A DNA stretch of 64,000 bases from the human T2T-CHM13v2.0 reference genome, Homo sapiens, in NCBI RefSeq assembly GCF_009914755.1, contig NC_060932.1. One strand, given 5' to 3'. A model generated the notes under the pieces. That model worked only from the letters and a program-made list of their open reading frames with translations. It was not told where the DNA came from and ran no database searches. The position numbers and the translations under genes were made by a program. This document shows positions 16,160 to 30,575 of this stretch, in pieces. Numbering within the stretch: position 1 is the stretch's first letter; each line of letters begins with the position of its first letter.

Positions 16160-18602
16160 TGATATGGTTTGGATGTTTGTCCCCTCCAAATCTCATGCTG
16201 AAATGGGATTCTCAGTGTTGGAGGTGAAGCCTGGTGGAAATTGTTTGGGTCATGGAAGCAGATCCCTCATGAATAGCTTAGTACCATCCCATTGATAAGT
16301 GAGTTCTTGCTCTGAGTTCATGAAAAATCTGTTTCCTTTAAAGGATCCTGGCACCTCCTTTCTCTCTCTCACTCCCATTCTCATCATGTGATATGTTGGC
16401 TCCCCCATCACCTTCTGTCATGACTGTAAGCTTCCTGAGGCCCTTACCAGAAGCAGATGTTAGCACTGTTTCATGTATATCCTGTAGAACCACAAGCCAA
16501 TTACACCTTTATGTTAAAATAAATTAACCAGCCTCAGGTATTTCTTTATAGTAACCCAGAAATGTATTGACACAGAAAATTGGTACCAAGCAGTGAGTAT
16601 TGCTATAAAGATACCTGAAGATGTGGAAGCAGCTTGGGAACTGGGTAATGGGCAGAGGTTGAAAGAGTTTGGAGGGTTCAGAAGAAGATAAGAAGACAAC
16701 AGAAAGTTCAGAACTTCCTAGAGACTTTTGTTAGGTGGTTGTGACCAAAATGCTAATAGAAATATAGTCAGCTAAGGCCAGGCTGACAAGGTCTAAGATG
16801 TAAATGAGAAAGTTACTGGGAACTGGAGTAAAGGTCACCAGTGTCACACCTTATCAAAGAGCTTGGCTGTATTATGTCCATGTCTTTGGGAACTATGGAA
16901 GTTTGAACTTAAGAGTGATGACTTAGGGTGTCTGGTGGAAGAAATTTCTAAGCAGCAAAGTATTCCAGAATCAGTGTTTCTGCTTCTAACAGCCTACAAT
17001 CAGATGTGGGAACAAAAGAATGACTTAAATTTGGAACTTATATTTAAAAGGGAAGCAAAGCATACAACTTTGGAAATTTGCAGCCTAGCCCTGTGGTAGA
17101 GAAAGAAACCAAGTAGGTTGTGAGGCACCTACTTGATAGAGAGATTAGCATGACTAAAAGGGAGCCAAGTTATAAAATCCAATGGGAAAACCACGTCAAA
17201 GACATTTCAGAGATCTTGGAGACAGCCTCTCTTATCACAGGGCCAGAGGCCCAGGAATAAATAATTTCAGGGGCCAGGCCAAGGGCCCCATTGCCCTACT
17301 CAGCCTTGGGACACTGCTTCCCATATCCTGGCTACTCCAGCTCCAGATGTGGCTCAAAGGGCCCCAGGTACAGCTCAGGCCATTGCTCTTGAGGGCAAAA
17401 AAACATAAGCTTTGGCTGTTTCCATTGGTGTTAAGCCTGCAGGTGCAAAGAATGCAAGCATGAAGGAAGCTTGGAAGCTTCCCCCTAGATTTCAGAAGAT
17501 GTATCAGAAAGCCTGGATGCCCAGGCAGAAGACTTCCAAAGGAGTGGAGCCCTCACAGAGATATTCTACCAGGGCAGTGTGGAGGGGAAATATAGGGTCA
17601 GAGCTCCCTCACTAAGTCTCCAACAGGGCACTGCCTAGTGGAGCTGTAGGAAGGACTGCCACCCTCCAGACTCCAGAATGATAGATCCACGAAGCTTGCA
17701 TCTTGAGCATGCAAAAGCCACAGGCACTCAACTCTAACCCATGAGAGTAGCCAGGGAGGCTGCACCCTGCAAAGCCACAAGGGTGGAGCTGCCCAAGGCC
17801 TTGGGAGCCCACCCCTTGCACCACTGTGCCCTGAATGCAGGACATTGAATCAAATAAGATTATTTTGGAATTTTAATATTTAATTATTTCCCTGCTTGGT
17901 TTCAGAACTATTGGCCCTTTCTTTTTGCCAATTTCTCCCTTTGAGGATGGGAATATCTACCTAATGCCTGTACACCATTGTATCTTGGGAATAAATAACT
18001 TGGTTTTGATCTCACAGGTTCATAGGTAGAAGGAATTCATCTCCAGGTGAGATGTTGGGCCTTGGATTTGGGACTTGAGGCTTTTGAGTTAAGACTGAAC
18101 AAGTTATGACTTTGGGGTACTAGTGCAAAGGCATGATTGTATTTTGAAATGTGAGAAAGACATGAGATTTGGGGGGCTAGGAGTGGAATGATACATTTTG
18201 GATGTTTGTTTCCTCCAAATCTCATGTTGAAATGTGATTCTCAATGTTGGAGGTGGGGCTGGGGGGATTAGACTGGAACATGGGGGCAGATCCCTCATGA
18301 ATGGCTTAGCATCATTCCCTTGGTGATAAGTGAGTTCTCGCTCTGAGTTCATGTGAGATCTGGTTGTATAAAAGAAGGAATATGGCTCTCTTTCTCTTGC
18401 TCCCGCTCTCGCCATGTGATGTGTTTGCTCCCCCATCACCTTTAGTCATGATTGTAAGCTTCCTGAAGCTCTAACCAGAAACAGATGCTGGTACTGTGCT
18501 TCATAAATAGCCTGCAGAACCATGAGCCAATTAAACTTTTTTCTTTATAAATTACCCAGCCTCATGTATTTCTTTATAGCAATGCAAGAATGGTCTGATA
18601 CA
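16160..18602 (+). mobile_element. Complete MaLR element (MSTA/MSTB-type): LTR 16160-16574, internal 16575-18188, LTR 18189-18602
   Basis: Both LTRs run TGAT...GGATGTTTGT...ACA; internal starts GAAAATTGGTACCA and ends in a purine tract; flanks CCACT / CCATA. Confidence 0.93.
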
Positions 18603-19467
18603 CCATAGTAACCTGACTAGATGCTCTGTACCTGAAGCAAATAAAGAGGGCAAGATAGAAAGACAGTGGACATACTGATACCTGTCTTTTTTGGCCCTTC
18701 TCTTTTGGTTCCTTGCCTTTATGAAGACTGGGTTGTGGTGATAGAGCAGATCCATGTACCACCTTAATGATCCTGTTTGTCTCCTTTATGACCTGCTGAG
18801 GGCTAAGTGATTGAAAAACAAGTGTGTTAAAATTTAGCTGCTAGCACAGCTATACCGATAAAGAAGAACAGGAGAAAAAATTAGCCCCCACAAATGGTTT
18901 CTTACATCTGACCGAAGGAGGAATCATTTATTGCTCCCTCTGCTCTGGTACAGGCTACGATTTCTGATTTGCACCATGCTGCTTTCATATTTTGAAAGTT
19001 TCTGCCAACAGGTAGATAATCCTTTATGTGTCATGGAGCTGAAATTCATAAGGCACCAGCTGCCTTGTGAGCAGAGAAGCAAAAAACATCCCCATTTTAT
19101 AGACAAAAAAGTGAGATTTAAAATTATTCAACCATCTAGCAAAAATTTTTTAATGGGCACCAAGTATGAAGTGGGTACTTTTCTAAGCATCCAGATATGG
19201 AGAAGAAAGTCAAGATTTTTGTTTTCCAGAGTTCAAGGTGTTATAGGTATAGAAAGAAGTGAAAACTGTTACAGTGCTGTAGGATAAGCACAGTGATAGA
19301 GATGCCCAGGAAGTCATGTGAGCACAGGGGAGGGGTGCTGATCCATCCATTAATTCATTTATTCAACAAATAATTATTTAGAACTCAGTAATAAGGGCTG
19401 GCTGGATGCTGGAGATACATCTGAGAATAAACTAAATTTAGTCCTTGGATTCATGAAACTTAAAGTC

Positions 19468-20040
19468 CAGTGGTTCTTGGCTACGCATTGGAATCACCTG
19501 GGGAGGTTTAAATACCCTGATAGCCAGACCCACTGCATATTATGATGAGAGAGAGTTGCCTTAGTCTGGTTAGTGTTGCTCTAAAGGAATGCCTGTGGCT
19601 GGGTAGTTTTATAAAGAAAAGAGGCTTATTTGGCTCACAATTCTGCTAGCTGAAAGGTTCAAGACTGGGCATCTGGTGAGGGTCTCAGGCTGCTTCCACT
19701 CTTGGTGGAGGGGACAGGGAGCTGTCATTTGCAGAGATCATATGGCAAGAGAGGAAGCAAGAGAGAGAGAGAGTGGGGAGGTGCCAGGCTCTTTTTGACA
19801 GCCTGCTCTTGAGGGAACTCCCCTCAACCAGGGAGGGCATTAATCTATTTATGAGGGCTCCACCCCCAGGGCACAAACAACTCCCATTAGATCCCACCTC
19901 CAATAGTGGTCATCAAATTTCTACATGAGATTTGGAAAGAACAAACAACTAAGCTATTGCAAAAGTATCCAGGAATCTGTGCTGCTTAAATCTCCCCAAG
20001 TGATACCAATGTGCAGGCAAGACTGAGATTCATTGGCTCA
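19468..20040. mobile_element. MER5-type hAT DNA transposon split by an LTR
   Basis: CAGTGGTTCT...CATTGGAATCACCTGGGGAG and CTCCCCAAGTGATACCAATGTGCAG halves. Confidence 0.7.
19557..19961 (-). mobile_element. Solo MST (MSTB-like) LTR
   Basis: TG...CA ends, ATAAAGAAAAGAGGCTTATTTGGCTCACAATTCTG; TSD AGAGT / AAAGT. Confidence 0.88.
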
Positions 20041-20539
20041 AAGGAGAAGACTGGTAAGAAATAAGTAAACGCATAATGTCAAACGGTGATGAGTACAATA
20101 AAGGAAACTCATAGAATGTGGTGATAAAGAATTAGAGGATGGAGGGATCCTCACTGGCCACCTTGGCCAGAGGAGGCATCTCTGAGGAGGTGATAGTTAA
20201 TTTGATACCTGAAAGATAAGAATCTGCAGAAAGCATTAAAGGAGGAGAAATAAATGAACATCGTGAGGCCCCAAGAGGAGAGAACTTAGCTTGCGTCTGT
20301 TCCTGGGAGGCTGGAGGCTATGTGGCTGTGAGCCTCTGCCTTAGGTATGCAAAGGGGGCCCAGCCTGGGGGTTGCAGAGCAACAGGTTGCTTCACATTTG
20401 GAAATGGGAACAATTTGGTTTATGCTGTTGAAATGAGAAAGGAAGAAAGATGGAAGATGGTAAGGGAAGAAAGGACAAGGAGGAAAAGGAGCCACACTGC
20501 AGGAACATGAAGTTAGAGTTGTGTGGAAGGCTTGGGGAT

Positions 20540-20732
20540 TTCTCCCTCTCTCCCTGCCCTTCCCTTCCTCTTCTTCCCGAACCGGCTCCTTTCTCCTTCT
20601 TCTCTCCTCCTCCTCCCCCTCCCCTTTCCCCTCCCCCTCCCCCCTCTCCTCCTCCTCCTCCTCCTCTTCTTCTTCTTCTTCTTCCTCTTCCTCTTCCTCT
20701 TCTTCTTCCTCTTCTCCTCCTTTCTTTCTTTT
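20540..20732. repeat. Polypyrimidine low-complexity tract with (CCT)n/(CTT)n
   Basis: Almost purely C/T for ~190 bp. Confidence 0.95.
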
Positions 20733-20749
20733 TAAGAATTAAGAATGTG

Positions 20750-21053
<304 letters not shown>

Positions 21054-21659
21054 TTAAGCCTGTGGAATGCTAACTTTTGAAGGATTTGGGCTGCTAAGAT
21101 GCATATTCCTCTATCTCCATCAAACCTCTAGAATAGTGTGGCTATGAGTACAACATGTACACTGTAGAAATTCAGGACACAGATGAATGTCCCATTTGGG
21201 GCCATGCAGTGTAAAAGAGTCAAGCTCTAAAGTGAGCTCACCTTGAACCAGAGGTTTGTGGCCGAGGTGTCCAGGGGAGCGTAAGCCTGGGAGAAAGGTA
21301 TAGGATTTGGGGTCAAAAATTTACAAAAGGCCATACCATTCACTGGGGGGCTTCTTCTCTCCCTCCTATTACTCCCAGGATTCTGGCTTCTTTCTCACTA
21401 GCTTTCTGCTCCCATTCTTGCTCAGTCTCCAAACAGAAGCAGGAAAGAGGTTTTAAAAATAGCAACATGATCATGTTTCTCTTCTGCTATTAAAAAAAAA
21501 ATCTGCAAACTCTCTTCCTGGCCAGCAAGCCCATGTTGTCAGGTGTGTCAGTCTCTTCAAATGTGTCTTCAGCCTCCCTTTGTTTCTCCTTCTGTCTGCT
21601 CTCTGTTCTTCTCCTGTAGATGGGATCTACAGGTGTGGGAGGTGAGTTCAATATACTCT

Positions 21660-21800
21660 CAAATTACTTACCCTGCTGGTGTTTCAGTTTCCTTGTTTTT
21701 GAAGTGGAGGTAGTAATAGTCCTTGCCTCATAGCTGTTGTGAAGCTCTAATGAGACAATGCCTGGACACAGCTTAGTCCCCTGTAGGGATCAGAGTGATC
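21660..21800 (+). mobile_element. MIR fragment
   Basis: TTTCAGTTTCCTTG...GTAATAGTCCTTGCCTCATAG core. Confidence 0.65.
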
Positions 21801-22217
21801 TAGGAAGGGTAGGTGCCTTGGGGGGTGGCGTTATTAATTATCTGGTGCTTCCCACAACTCTGGCATGAAATCCTAAAACAAGATATGTGTCCAATTGGGA
21901 AGCTATATTGAGTTACATAGAAAAGTAAGGTCCTAGGCAATCCCTCTATCTCTATAAGAGGGAGGAAAGAAAATAGCAATTCTTAAAATAAAATCAGTTT
22001 TATCTATTATAAAAGCATCACTTAAGATGTTTGAAACTTAAAAAAGTCAAAGAAACACATAAAAAAGCCATCCATGATTCTACCTACAAAAGACAACCAT
22101 TGTTAAGATGTAGGCTGTATTATTGCCAGTTGCTTTATTAATGCACAGACTTTTATTTTCCTGTTTTTTTTGCTAGTTTTCAATTGCAATAATCAAACTG
22201 TCTAAAATATGTTAATC

Positions 22218-22529
<312 letters not shown>

Positions 22530-22574
22530 TAAAATTTAACATTATCATCTGTTTCTTTATATTTAACAGTGAAA

Positions 22575-22790
22575 GTAATAACTAATAAATTGCTTACTAC
22601 TGTCCAGGAACTGACTTAAGAATATTACATAAATAATGTCATTCAATAAGTTGGATGATATCTGCATTTTGAAGTGGTTGAGGTCAAGGCTTAGAGTTCA
22701 GTAACATGCCCAAGGTTACGTAACATGTAAGTGGCAGAGCTGGGTTTGGAGAAAGGTCTGTCTGACCCAGACCCCAGATGCTCAGTTTCC
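22575..22790 (-). mobile_element. MIR
   Basis: AGTAACATGCCCAAGGTTAC...AAGTGGCAGAGCTGGGTTTG. Confidence 0.75.
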
Positions 22791-23899
22791 ACCCTTCCTT
22801 CCCTGCTACAGGCCTTTGCTTGGGGGATTTTATGGTACAGGTTGGACAGTGCAGGTAGGAAGCCAGTTTTCGTAGGGTTACAGAAAGCAGCCCCGTCTGG
22901 GTGCCCTGGCCAGCAGCCCTTTGTTTTCTGTCACATTCCCCCCGGGGTGAGGGGTTCCAGAAAGAAGCATCACTTTCAGACTCACTTTTTGTTCTGCCTG
23001 TATTGAAAATTGGAGCTCAGTTAATACTAGTACTGCTGCTAACTCAATGGCATGATCCTTTTATGATTATTTCTTTTCTGAGACTTACTCCTGAAGGTTT
23101 AACTATAGAAATGCTTAAACATAGTTTTTGGATTTTTCATGGCCCAGGCAGTGTCTTTTATGTGCCTATGTCACCTGCTGCTGTCTGTTGTCCCTGGTCT
23201 TTAAATTATATCTGGCTCTTCCCCACTGCCACCCATAGGAAAAAGTCACTTGCAAGAAAAACGCATGCCCCACATGTTCAGAATAGTCCCCAAAGTGGCA
23301 TGTACCTCTCTAATGACCACCCCCTTAACTTGGCTTATTAATTTGGATGATTTTTTGGTAAAAGTGACCAGAAAGCCATCCCATAAGCCAACAGAAAGTG
23401 TATTAGTCCTCATAATAGTAAAGGACAAGGGCTGGCTTCAGACACGGCTGCATCCAGAATCTCCAGTAATGTTATCAGGGCCCATATTTCTCCATCTTTT
23501 TGTTCTGCCCTCTTCTCTATGTTGGCTTCAACTCTAGATAGCCTGCTGTGAAGAGCAAAGTGGCTAAAATCCTTCCACCTCTGAGTCCAGCAGAAAAGAG
23601 AGTAAACGTGTTTTTGGAGCTTACCAAATCAAGGTTAATCCTCTTTTTCTCTCCTTTTTAGTTAGATCTGCTTTTGGTGGTAGAAACTGTGTGTTATGAG
23701 AGCATAGCTGTTTTCTGTCACTGCATCTATCTTTTAGAAAAAGTACTAGAATTTGCTGTAAGCTATGGCTAAGACTTCCTCTAAAATGTTCAGGACTTTC
23801 CAGACATGACATCACTCAATTTGGGATCTCAAGGGGTTCTCTAGTTTATCTCCTTCCTCAGGGGCATTAGGAAGGAAGGAGAAAGTGGGGGAGAGAGAA

Positions 23900-24100
23900 T
23901 GGCTGAGCATTTTCTGTGGCCAGGCACTGTACTGGCTGTCTGACTTGTGCCCTTTCATTTAAACTTGCTCGTGACTCTAGTGACTGTAAGAGGAAAAAAA
24001 TGAATCATCTCCATTTTACAGTTGAGGGAACCTTGGCTCAGTCGCTAAGTAGAAAAGCTGGGATCTAGATTCAGATCTATTGACACTGGGCCTGTGCTTG
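23900..24100 (-). mobile_element. MIR
   Basis: GCCAGGCACTGT...ATCTCCATTTTACAGTTGAGGGAACC. Confidence 0.7.
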
Positions 24101-24879
24101 GAACCATCGCTTTCCTCCCTACGGGGGGATGCTTAGCTAGAAGAGGCGAAGCCTCAAAAGAAAGGTGGTTACTAACTTTCAAAACCTGAAGATGGGATGT
24201 AGAAGGGGGTCAAAGGTGGGCTGTCCATATAATTTATTCAGCAAGCTGGGGTACCTTCGAGGCTGAAAAGGGGTGCTATTAATAATTTTACCAGGATAAC
24301 AGGCATCCCCTGTTATCCTGAGCTAAACTGGGGTGCACAGCCATTCCAACCAAAGGCAAACGAATGAAGGGCATAGGAAAACCGCCTTGGGCTCATTTTT
24401 ACATATAAGAAAGTAGAGGCTCCAAATCACAGAGCTGGTTGGTAGAGCAGCTGACATTCTTGTCCAGGTCTGTATGATGCCCAAGTTCATGCCCTCTTTT
24501 TCCACTACAGCCTTCTGCCTTCTGATGTCCTTGAATTCCATTTCTCCAAAGTACAGCTCCCCACTGGGCCCGGCGGTGGAGCTGGGCATTGCCAACTGCA
24601 CCCCTCCTCTGCCAGCACAATGGGGACATCATCTTCTTCTTAAATCTGTTTATTCTCAGAGACATTCTGTCTTCACTTCCCCATATGGAGGCTTCCTCTG
24701 TGCCCAGCCCTGGGGACTAGGCAGGAAGAGAGGTGCTTTCCTTTTGTCAAATGCAGGCAGCACTGCAGGTTTCAGGATCCCTGTTCCCATCTGACTGCCC
24801 CATGTCTGTCTCTTCACCCAGATCCCTCCTCATGCACCTATGTGTTCATCTGTTCAGTTAATAGTTTATTAATCACAGC

Positions 24880-25120
24880 TTTGATTCACTGAATATTTAT
24901 TCAAAAATAAGCCCTGAGTCAAGACCTCTGTTAAGTGTTGGGATTAGAAGAAAAATAAGGCACAAGTTCTCTGTCCTCAAGGAGCTCACAGACCACTGAA
25001 GGAGGCAGAAAGCTCTCATGATCCAGTCAAGGAGGTGTTGGGAGCATGAGGAAGGCCATTGCGGGTCAGTATTGCCACCTGGGCAGGGACGGTCAGTGAC
25101 ATTTTCTAGGATGAAGAGGA
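24880..25120 (-). mobile_element. L2 3' fragment
   Basis: ATTCACTGAATATTTATT...TCCTCAAGGAGCTCACAG. Confidence 0.6.
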
Positions 25121-25850
25121 AGAAGTACTGTGCAATTAGTTACATCCGTTTATCCACCCACAACTCATCCATCTTTTCATCCAACAATTGTGCATAAATA
25201 CATTTGTGCCTGATGAGCATTGACAGCTCAATGTAATAGATTTTCAAATGTTCAAGGTCTTCTTCCCTAGCCTCTCTGCCAGACACTATATATAAAAGTG
25301 AACATGTCCTCATGGAACTTATAGTCTACTGAACTTAGGTCTATAATTGTGCTGAGCATAATAATCACCTAGGGACACTGTGGATTCCCAAACCCCACTT
25401 CTAAAACTCTGGATCATTAAATCAGGACCAGGACCTCAGAATCTTCACTGATACAGAGTATTCCAAGTATTTAACTCGGGTAAAGCATTGCTCTAATTGA
25501 TGACCAGCAGGCCTTGAAAAGGGAGAAGTGAAAACTCAGACTAGACATTCCCGATAGAGACACAATGTTAAAAAAATATCCTAGAAGTGTGAAGGTACAG
25601 GAGTGTGTACAGGGAGAGAAAAAAATTCAGTGACCAGGGAATGAGATATATAGGGTTGGGGCAAGCAGTGGGTGGTCTGAATTGAACACATTGGAAGATA
25701 GACGGAAGCTAGATTTTGATTGCAGGGCTGGGATTCATGCTGAGAAGTTGTGGCTGTATCTTAGAGGCAAATGGGAATGTAGAAGGTATTTTAAGGAGTC
25801 ACTTAAAAAAAATCTCCATGAATCTGGAGGCCTCAGACATTTTCTAAATC

Positions 25851-26157
25851 TTTTTTATTTATTTACTTATTTTTTGAGATTGAGTCTTACTCCATCACCC
25901 AGGCTGGAGGGCAGTGGTGCGATCACACCTCACTGCAACCTCCGCCTCTTGGGCTCAAGTGATGCTTCTGCCTCAGCCTCCTGAGTAGCTGGGATTACAC
26001 GTGCCCACCACCATGCCTGGCTAATTTTTGTATTTTTAGTAGAGACAGGGTTTCGCCATGTTGGCCAGGCTGGTCTTGAATTCCTGACTTCAGGTGATCT
26101 GCCTTCCTCCGCCTCCCAAGGCCGAGGGATTACAGGTGTAAGCCACTGTGCCCGGCC
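25851..26157 (-). mobile_element. AluSx-like
   Basis: Full antisense dimer with TCAGGTGATC. Confidence 0.95.
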
Positions 26158-27336
26158 TGGCAATTTTCTTCATTTGAGAAAAGTAATATCTAACTTCTGG
26201 GTGATTTTAGGAATTTGATGAGATTCAGTAGCACATACCCTGCTCAGTAAATAGTAGTCTCCTTATTTGTGTTATTATCTGGGTCTCACAGCATGCCACA
26301 TTCCTGAGAGGCAGGCAAAGAGGTCAGACCACTCTCACTGGCCGTGCGAGACCCCCAGGGATGGGACAGGGTGAACAGCTGACTGGAGTCAATGCAGTCA
26401 CGGGAGAAGAAAAGTTGGAGAAATGAATACCTTGCTCCCAAGGCTTTTTTTGTGGGAAGAGAAGGAAATGAAGAAAAGAAGTCAAAACTTGGGAGGCATT
26501 TATTCCATACTTGGCTGTTTATAGACTAGGCTCAGTCATTAAAATGACCTCGGACTTAATAGCGACAAGTATTCACAATAATAGCAAACCCAGTAAAAAT
26601 AAAAACAAAGGAGATTTGCTCACAGCCCTGGCCTCCTGGCCTTTATACCGCTCGCTGCTGGTTGTGCTATCTTTCTGCTTCGCTGTATTCCTCTCCACTG
26701 CTTTCCAATCTCTGTTCGTGACTACCTCTCCTGGAAGCAAACCTTTTCCAGACAAGGTCCCTGAGGGTCACCTGGCAGGAGCAATGCAGTCTCCTGATTC
26801 TCTGAGCTCCTGGAGGGCAGGCGTCCTGTCCTGGGCATCTTCTCTGCCTTTTAGCTTCCAAAGCCCTACCATTTCCAGCCTCTGCCAGCTCTTCATGGCC
26901 AATGCCCCGGCTCCTCTTTTTCCTTTTCAGCAGGGAGCTGGTTCTGGGAATAGTACCTTTGCTTACAGGGTCTGCTTCTCTCACTAATGAGTGAGTTGGG
27001 TGAGTGCCTAGAAGTCTATTAAAGTCGTTGATTCGTTAATTGTTTTCTTTTTCTCTTGGCTTAAAGATTCCAACATAATCATATTGTAATTTGGTGGCTG
27101 CACCACATGACTCGGCAAAAGGGGGGATTCCTAGAAGGGAGGGGCTGCAAGACCCTCAGTGCAATCACCCTTTCGTCCCTGCCCTTTGGGGCTCATGGGG
27201 CATCTGCAAAGCAGGCTCTGAGATGAGAGAGACATGGTGCTTGCTCCTATGGAATCCACTGCCAAGTGGAGAAGATTGATGAGTAAATGAATGAACACAG
27301 GAATGAATGAATACATGTGTCTTAATTCATGCATAC

Positions 27337-27744
27337 TGTAGCAGAGACTGTTGGTCTCTCACTCAGATGCCCTGAGACCCTTCATACCACACTGTGCACC
27401 CCTTTCTCAGCCAGAGTCTGACACTCTTCCTTGGAGAACAGCCCTTGGGCTACTGGAGCCACTTTGCCTCCCTAGACTCAGAAGCCTGGAAGGATTAGTG
27501 GTCCTCAGTCTGTGACTGATGACTTTGGGAATAGAAAGGGCCATATCCCTTGTCTTAGGTTGGGAAAATTCAGAATTTACCTTCCTTAGGACTTTGCCTG
27601 AAATTTCTCCCTTTCCCTTCCCTTTCCTTCTTCTCCTGGTAGCTTCTTCCCTTTCCTTCTTTTACTGGGAGCACGTCAATAAATTATCACTTGCACACAA
27701 GTCCTCATCTCAGGGACTGCTTTAGTGAAACCCAACCTAAGATA
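27337..27744 (+). mobile_element. ERVL LTR (LTR16-like)
   Basis: Starts TGTAGCAGAG; ends AATAAA...CACTTGCACACAAGTCCTCATCTCAGGG...AACCCAACCTAAGA. Confidence 0.65.
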
Positions 27745-28486
27745 GTCACACCCAAGCATACAGCTCCACATAAGCAAGGATGAAGAAAGGAAAAATATCA
27801 GAAGAGGTGGTATTTATAATCAAGTCCTGGGGAATTACTCATGTCACCAGGAAGAAAGACTAGAGAGAGAGGGGTATAGTCAATGTGTATTTTTAGAATT
27901 CCTATACTTTGAGTTTCACCTTCTCATGGTCAAAACTAGAGGTCACCTTCCAAGGCTCCTTTGAAGTCTGGCCCCAGGCATGTGACCTAGACGTGACCAA
28001 TCTAACCCATCCTTGCTAGACTTTCACTCCATGGCAGGAGACACAAGATGACAGGGCAGGAATCTCATTCTATGGCCATGGTGGTGATGGAGGAGGTGAT
28101 TGTGGAGGTAGAAGGAGTGGTCTCTTCTCAGACCAGTCCAGGGCTGCCATGGGGTTGCTTCTGGAAGTCAGGCCTGGAGCCTGTTTTCTCAATCATCCTA
28201 CCGACTCATCTGAATCAACACCTTTTTGCCCTATCAGTTATTCAGCTCCCATTGCCTGCAGCCAAGTTTAGAGGGAAAGAAGGGAAGGAGAGAATTCCAG
28301 GCAGAGAAACAGTGTATGCAAAAGCTGGAAGGTGTGAAAAAAGGAACTGGCAACAGGCAGGGCAGCCCAGCATGGACCAGAGATGGAATGGGCACCCAAG
28401 GACCAGATTACTGTGTTCTATTCCACACCACTCCCCATGCAGCCATTTGCTTCTTCTGTTACCTCGGACAAGTCACTTCTCTATAG

Positions 28487-28790
<304 letters not shown>

Positions 28791-30297
28791 TTCTCTATAG
28801 TTTCAAAGCAGAGGTAGCAGGACTCACCACGTGCTCCCTCTTGAGAGCAGTTTGCCCTCTGAGCTGTAAGTTGTGAATATCAACCTTCCCCTATGCCCTT
28901 AGTTTTGGAAGGTCAGGAAGGCTCACTCTGCAGCCAGAGGAGCGTCTCATCACTTTGTGGTCAGTGGGTGCTGATCATCCAGGTCCACAGGGTGCTGCAG
29001 TGAGTCCCAATGTCTCCCTTCATGTTGCCTCTCTGTCTGTGTCATGGAGGGTAGAAGGGGCTCTTTGCTGGTAGTCATCTCCCTCTCCCTTCCTCTTTTC
29101 TCACTCAATTCCTCCATCCTACAACAGGACCCTGCTTCTGAATTTTCTCACTCAGCTTCTACCAACCAGTTTCCTCCAGTTTTCCAGTGGAGCTAATGAG
29201 TCAAGGAAGAGATTCAAGTCTTTTAGTTTCTTCCTAGGAAGAAGGTATGTTGGGCAGGACTAGCTTCAGTGGAACATGAGAAAGCCAAGGTCAGTGAGAC
29301 AGGAGCTCACTTCTTTCCCATGTGAGTGAGTCCCTCGGTGAACACTGGAGGCTCAAGTGGGGTTTCCTGACCATCAGGGACCAGGCTCCTTATCTGACCT
29401 CTGCTCTGCAAAGGCTGGCTTGTAGCTACATGATTCAGGAGAGCTTCCTGGGCTCCAGCCATAATGTTTGCATTTCAGCCAGTGGGAAGGAGGAGGGACC
29501 TAGAATGACAACCCTCTTCCCTTGAAGACCTTTTTGGGAAGTTTCAGAGGACAACTCTGTGGCCAGAACTTAATCATCTGGCCACATGGCAAGAGGGCCT
29601 GGGAAGTGTAATCTTAATATTGGGCAGCCTGTGCTCGCCTAAAAATCAGAGATGAGCTCCTAAGGCAGGAATAAAGCAAGTGAGTAGGGACCAATTCAGT
29701 TTGTGCCACCGTGGCGAGAAAGGAAAATGGCTCATGCTGGTCCAACCTCAGAGCAAAACACTGACCTGGCACAGAAGCTTTCTTCTGATCGTACTGCTAC
29801 TGCCTACCATGTAACTATAGCAGTATGACAGTGAGAGTTTGTCTCTTTTCTCCGACTTCCTAGAGAATCAATTCCGTTGGCCTAGCTTGGTGCTGACCAC
29901 GTTCCCCACTGGGATTTAGGGCAGGTGCTAAGTGTCCTGCTCCAAGAAGGATTTGAGATAGGCGGTGGCAAGAAAACGTCATCCCATTATTTTGAAAGCA
30001 CAGTAACCTCAGCCCTCCCACACACTTCATTGAGCCCAGGATACCCTCACTGACTTTCTGGGGACCTTGACTCCACATACAAAATTCCAAGTGTAACTTT
30101 TCCTACTCCAGGAGAAACCCCTAAAGGTTTTTTGTTTTGTTTTGTTTTGTTTTGTTTGTAAATCTTAGTGAGTGAAATGACTCCACTATTGTCCAAGCCA
30201 GGAACTTAGGCATCCTCCCACCTCCCCCTCCCTGAGTCCTCTCCCCCCACCCAATTCCCCTCCCTCTGAGCACCAGCTTGTGTTCATGCACTCTCCA

Positions 30298-30575
30298 TGT
30301 GTTCATTTCCTGCTGTTACCAAAGTAAAGTTCCACAAACTGAGTGGCTCAAAACAACAGCAAATTATTGTCTCACAGTTGTGGAAGTCCAAAATCAAGGT
30401 GTCGGCAAGGCTGGTTCCTTCTGGAGGGCTGTGAGCAAGAATCTGTCCCCTACCTCTTCCCAGCTTCTGGTGTTGCCAGTAGGCCTTGGCCTTCCTTAGC
30501 TTGTAGAGGGATCATGTCGATCTCTGCCTGTCTTCCCATGGTGTTCTTCCCTGTGGGTCTTCATACGGCCTTCTC
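30298..30575 (-). mobile_element. MLT1-type LTR fragment
   Basis: CCACAAACTGAGTGGCTCAAAACAAC...CAAAATCAAGGTGTCGGCAAGGCTGGTTCCTTCTGGAG. Confidence 0.75.

Larger units (their letters stand above)
19350..20440 (-). mobile_element. L2 fragment interrupted by MER5 and an MST LTR
   Basis: ATTCATTTATTCAACAAATA L2 tail at ~19353; L2-like sequence resumes after 20040. Confidence 0.65.

Noticed and set aside
26511-26987. 158-aa ORF in non-repeat DNA
   Set aside because: Begins at TTG rather than ATG, no recognisable homology, no convincing splice context
27880-28210. Possible LTR33-like fragment (GGCATGTGACCTAG...CCAATC)
   Set aside because: Too diverged for me to set boundaries or family by eye; likewise faint MLT1-like pieces near 23350-23600, 29350-29700 and 38405-38480
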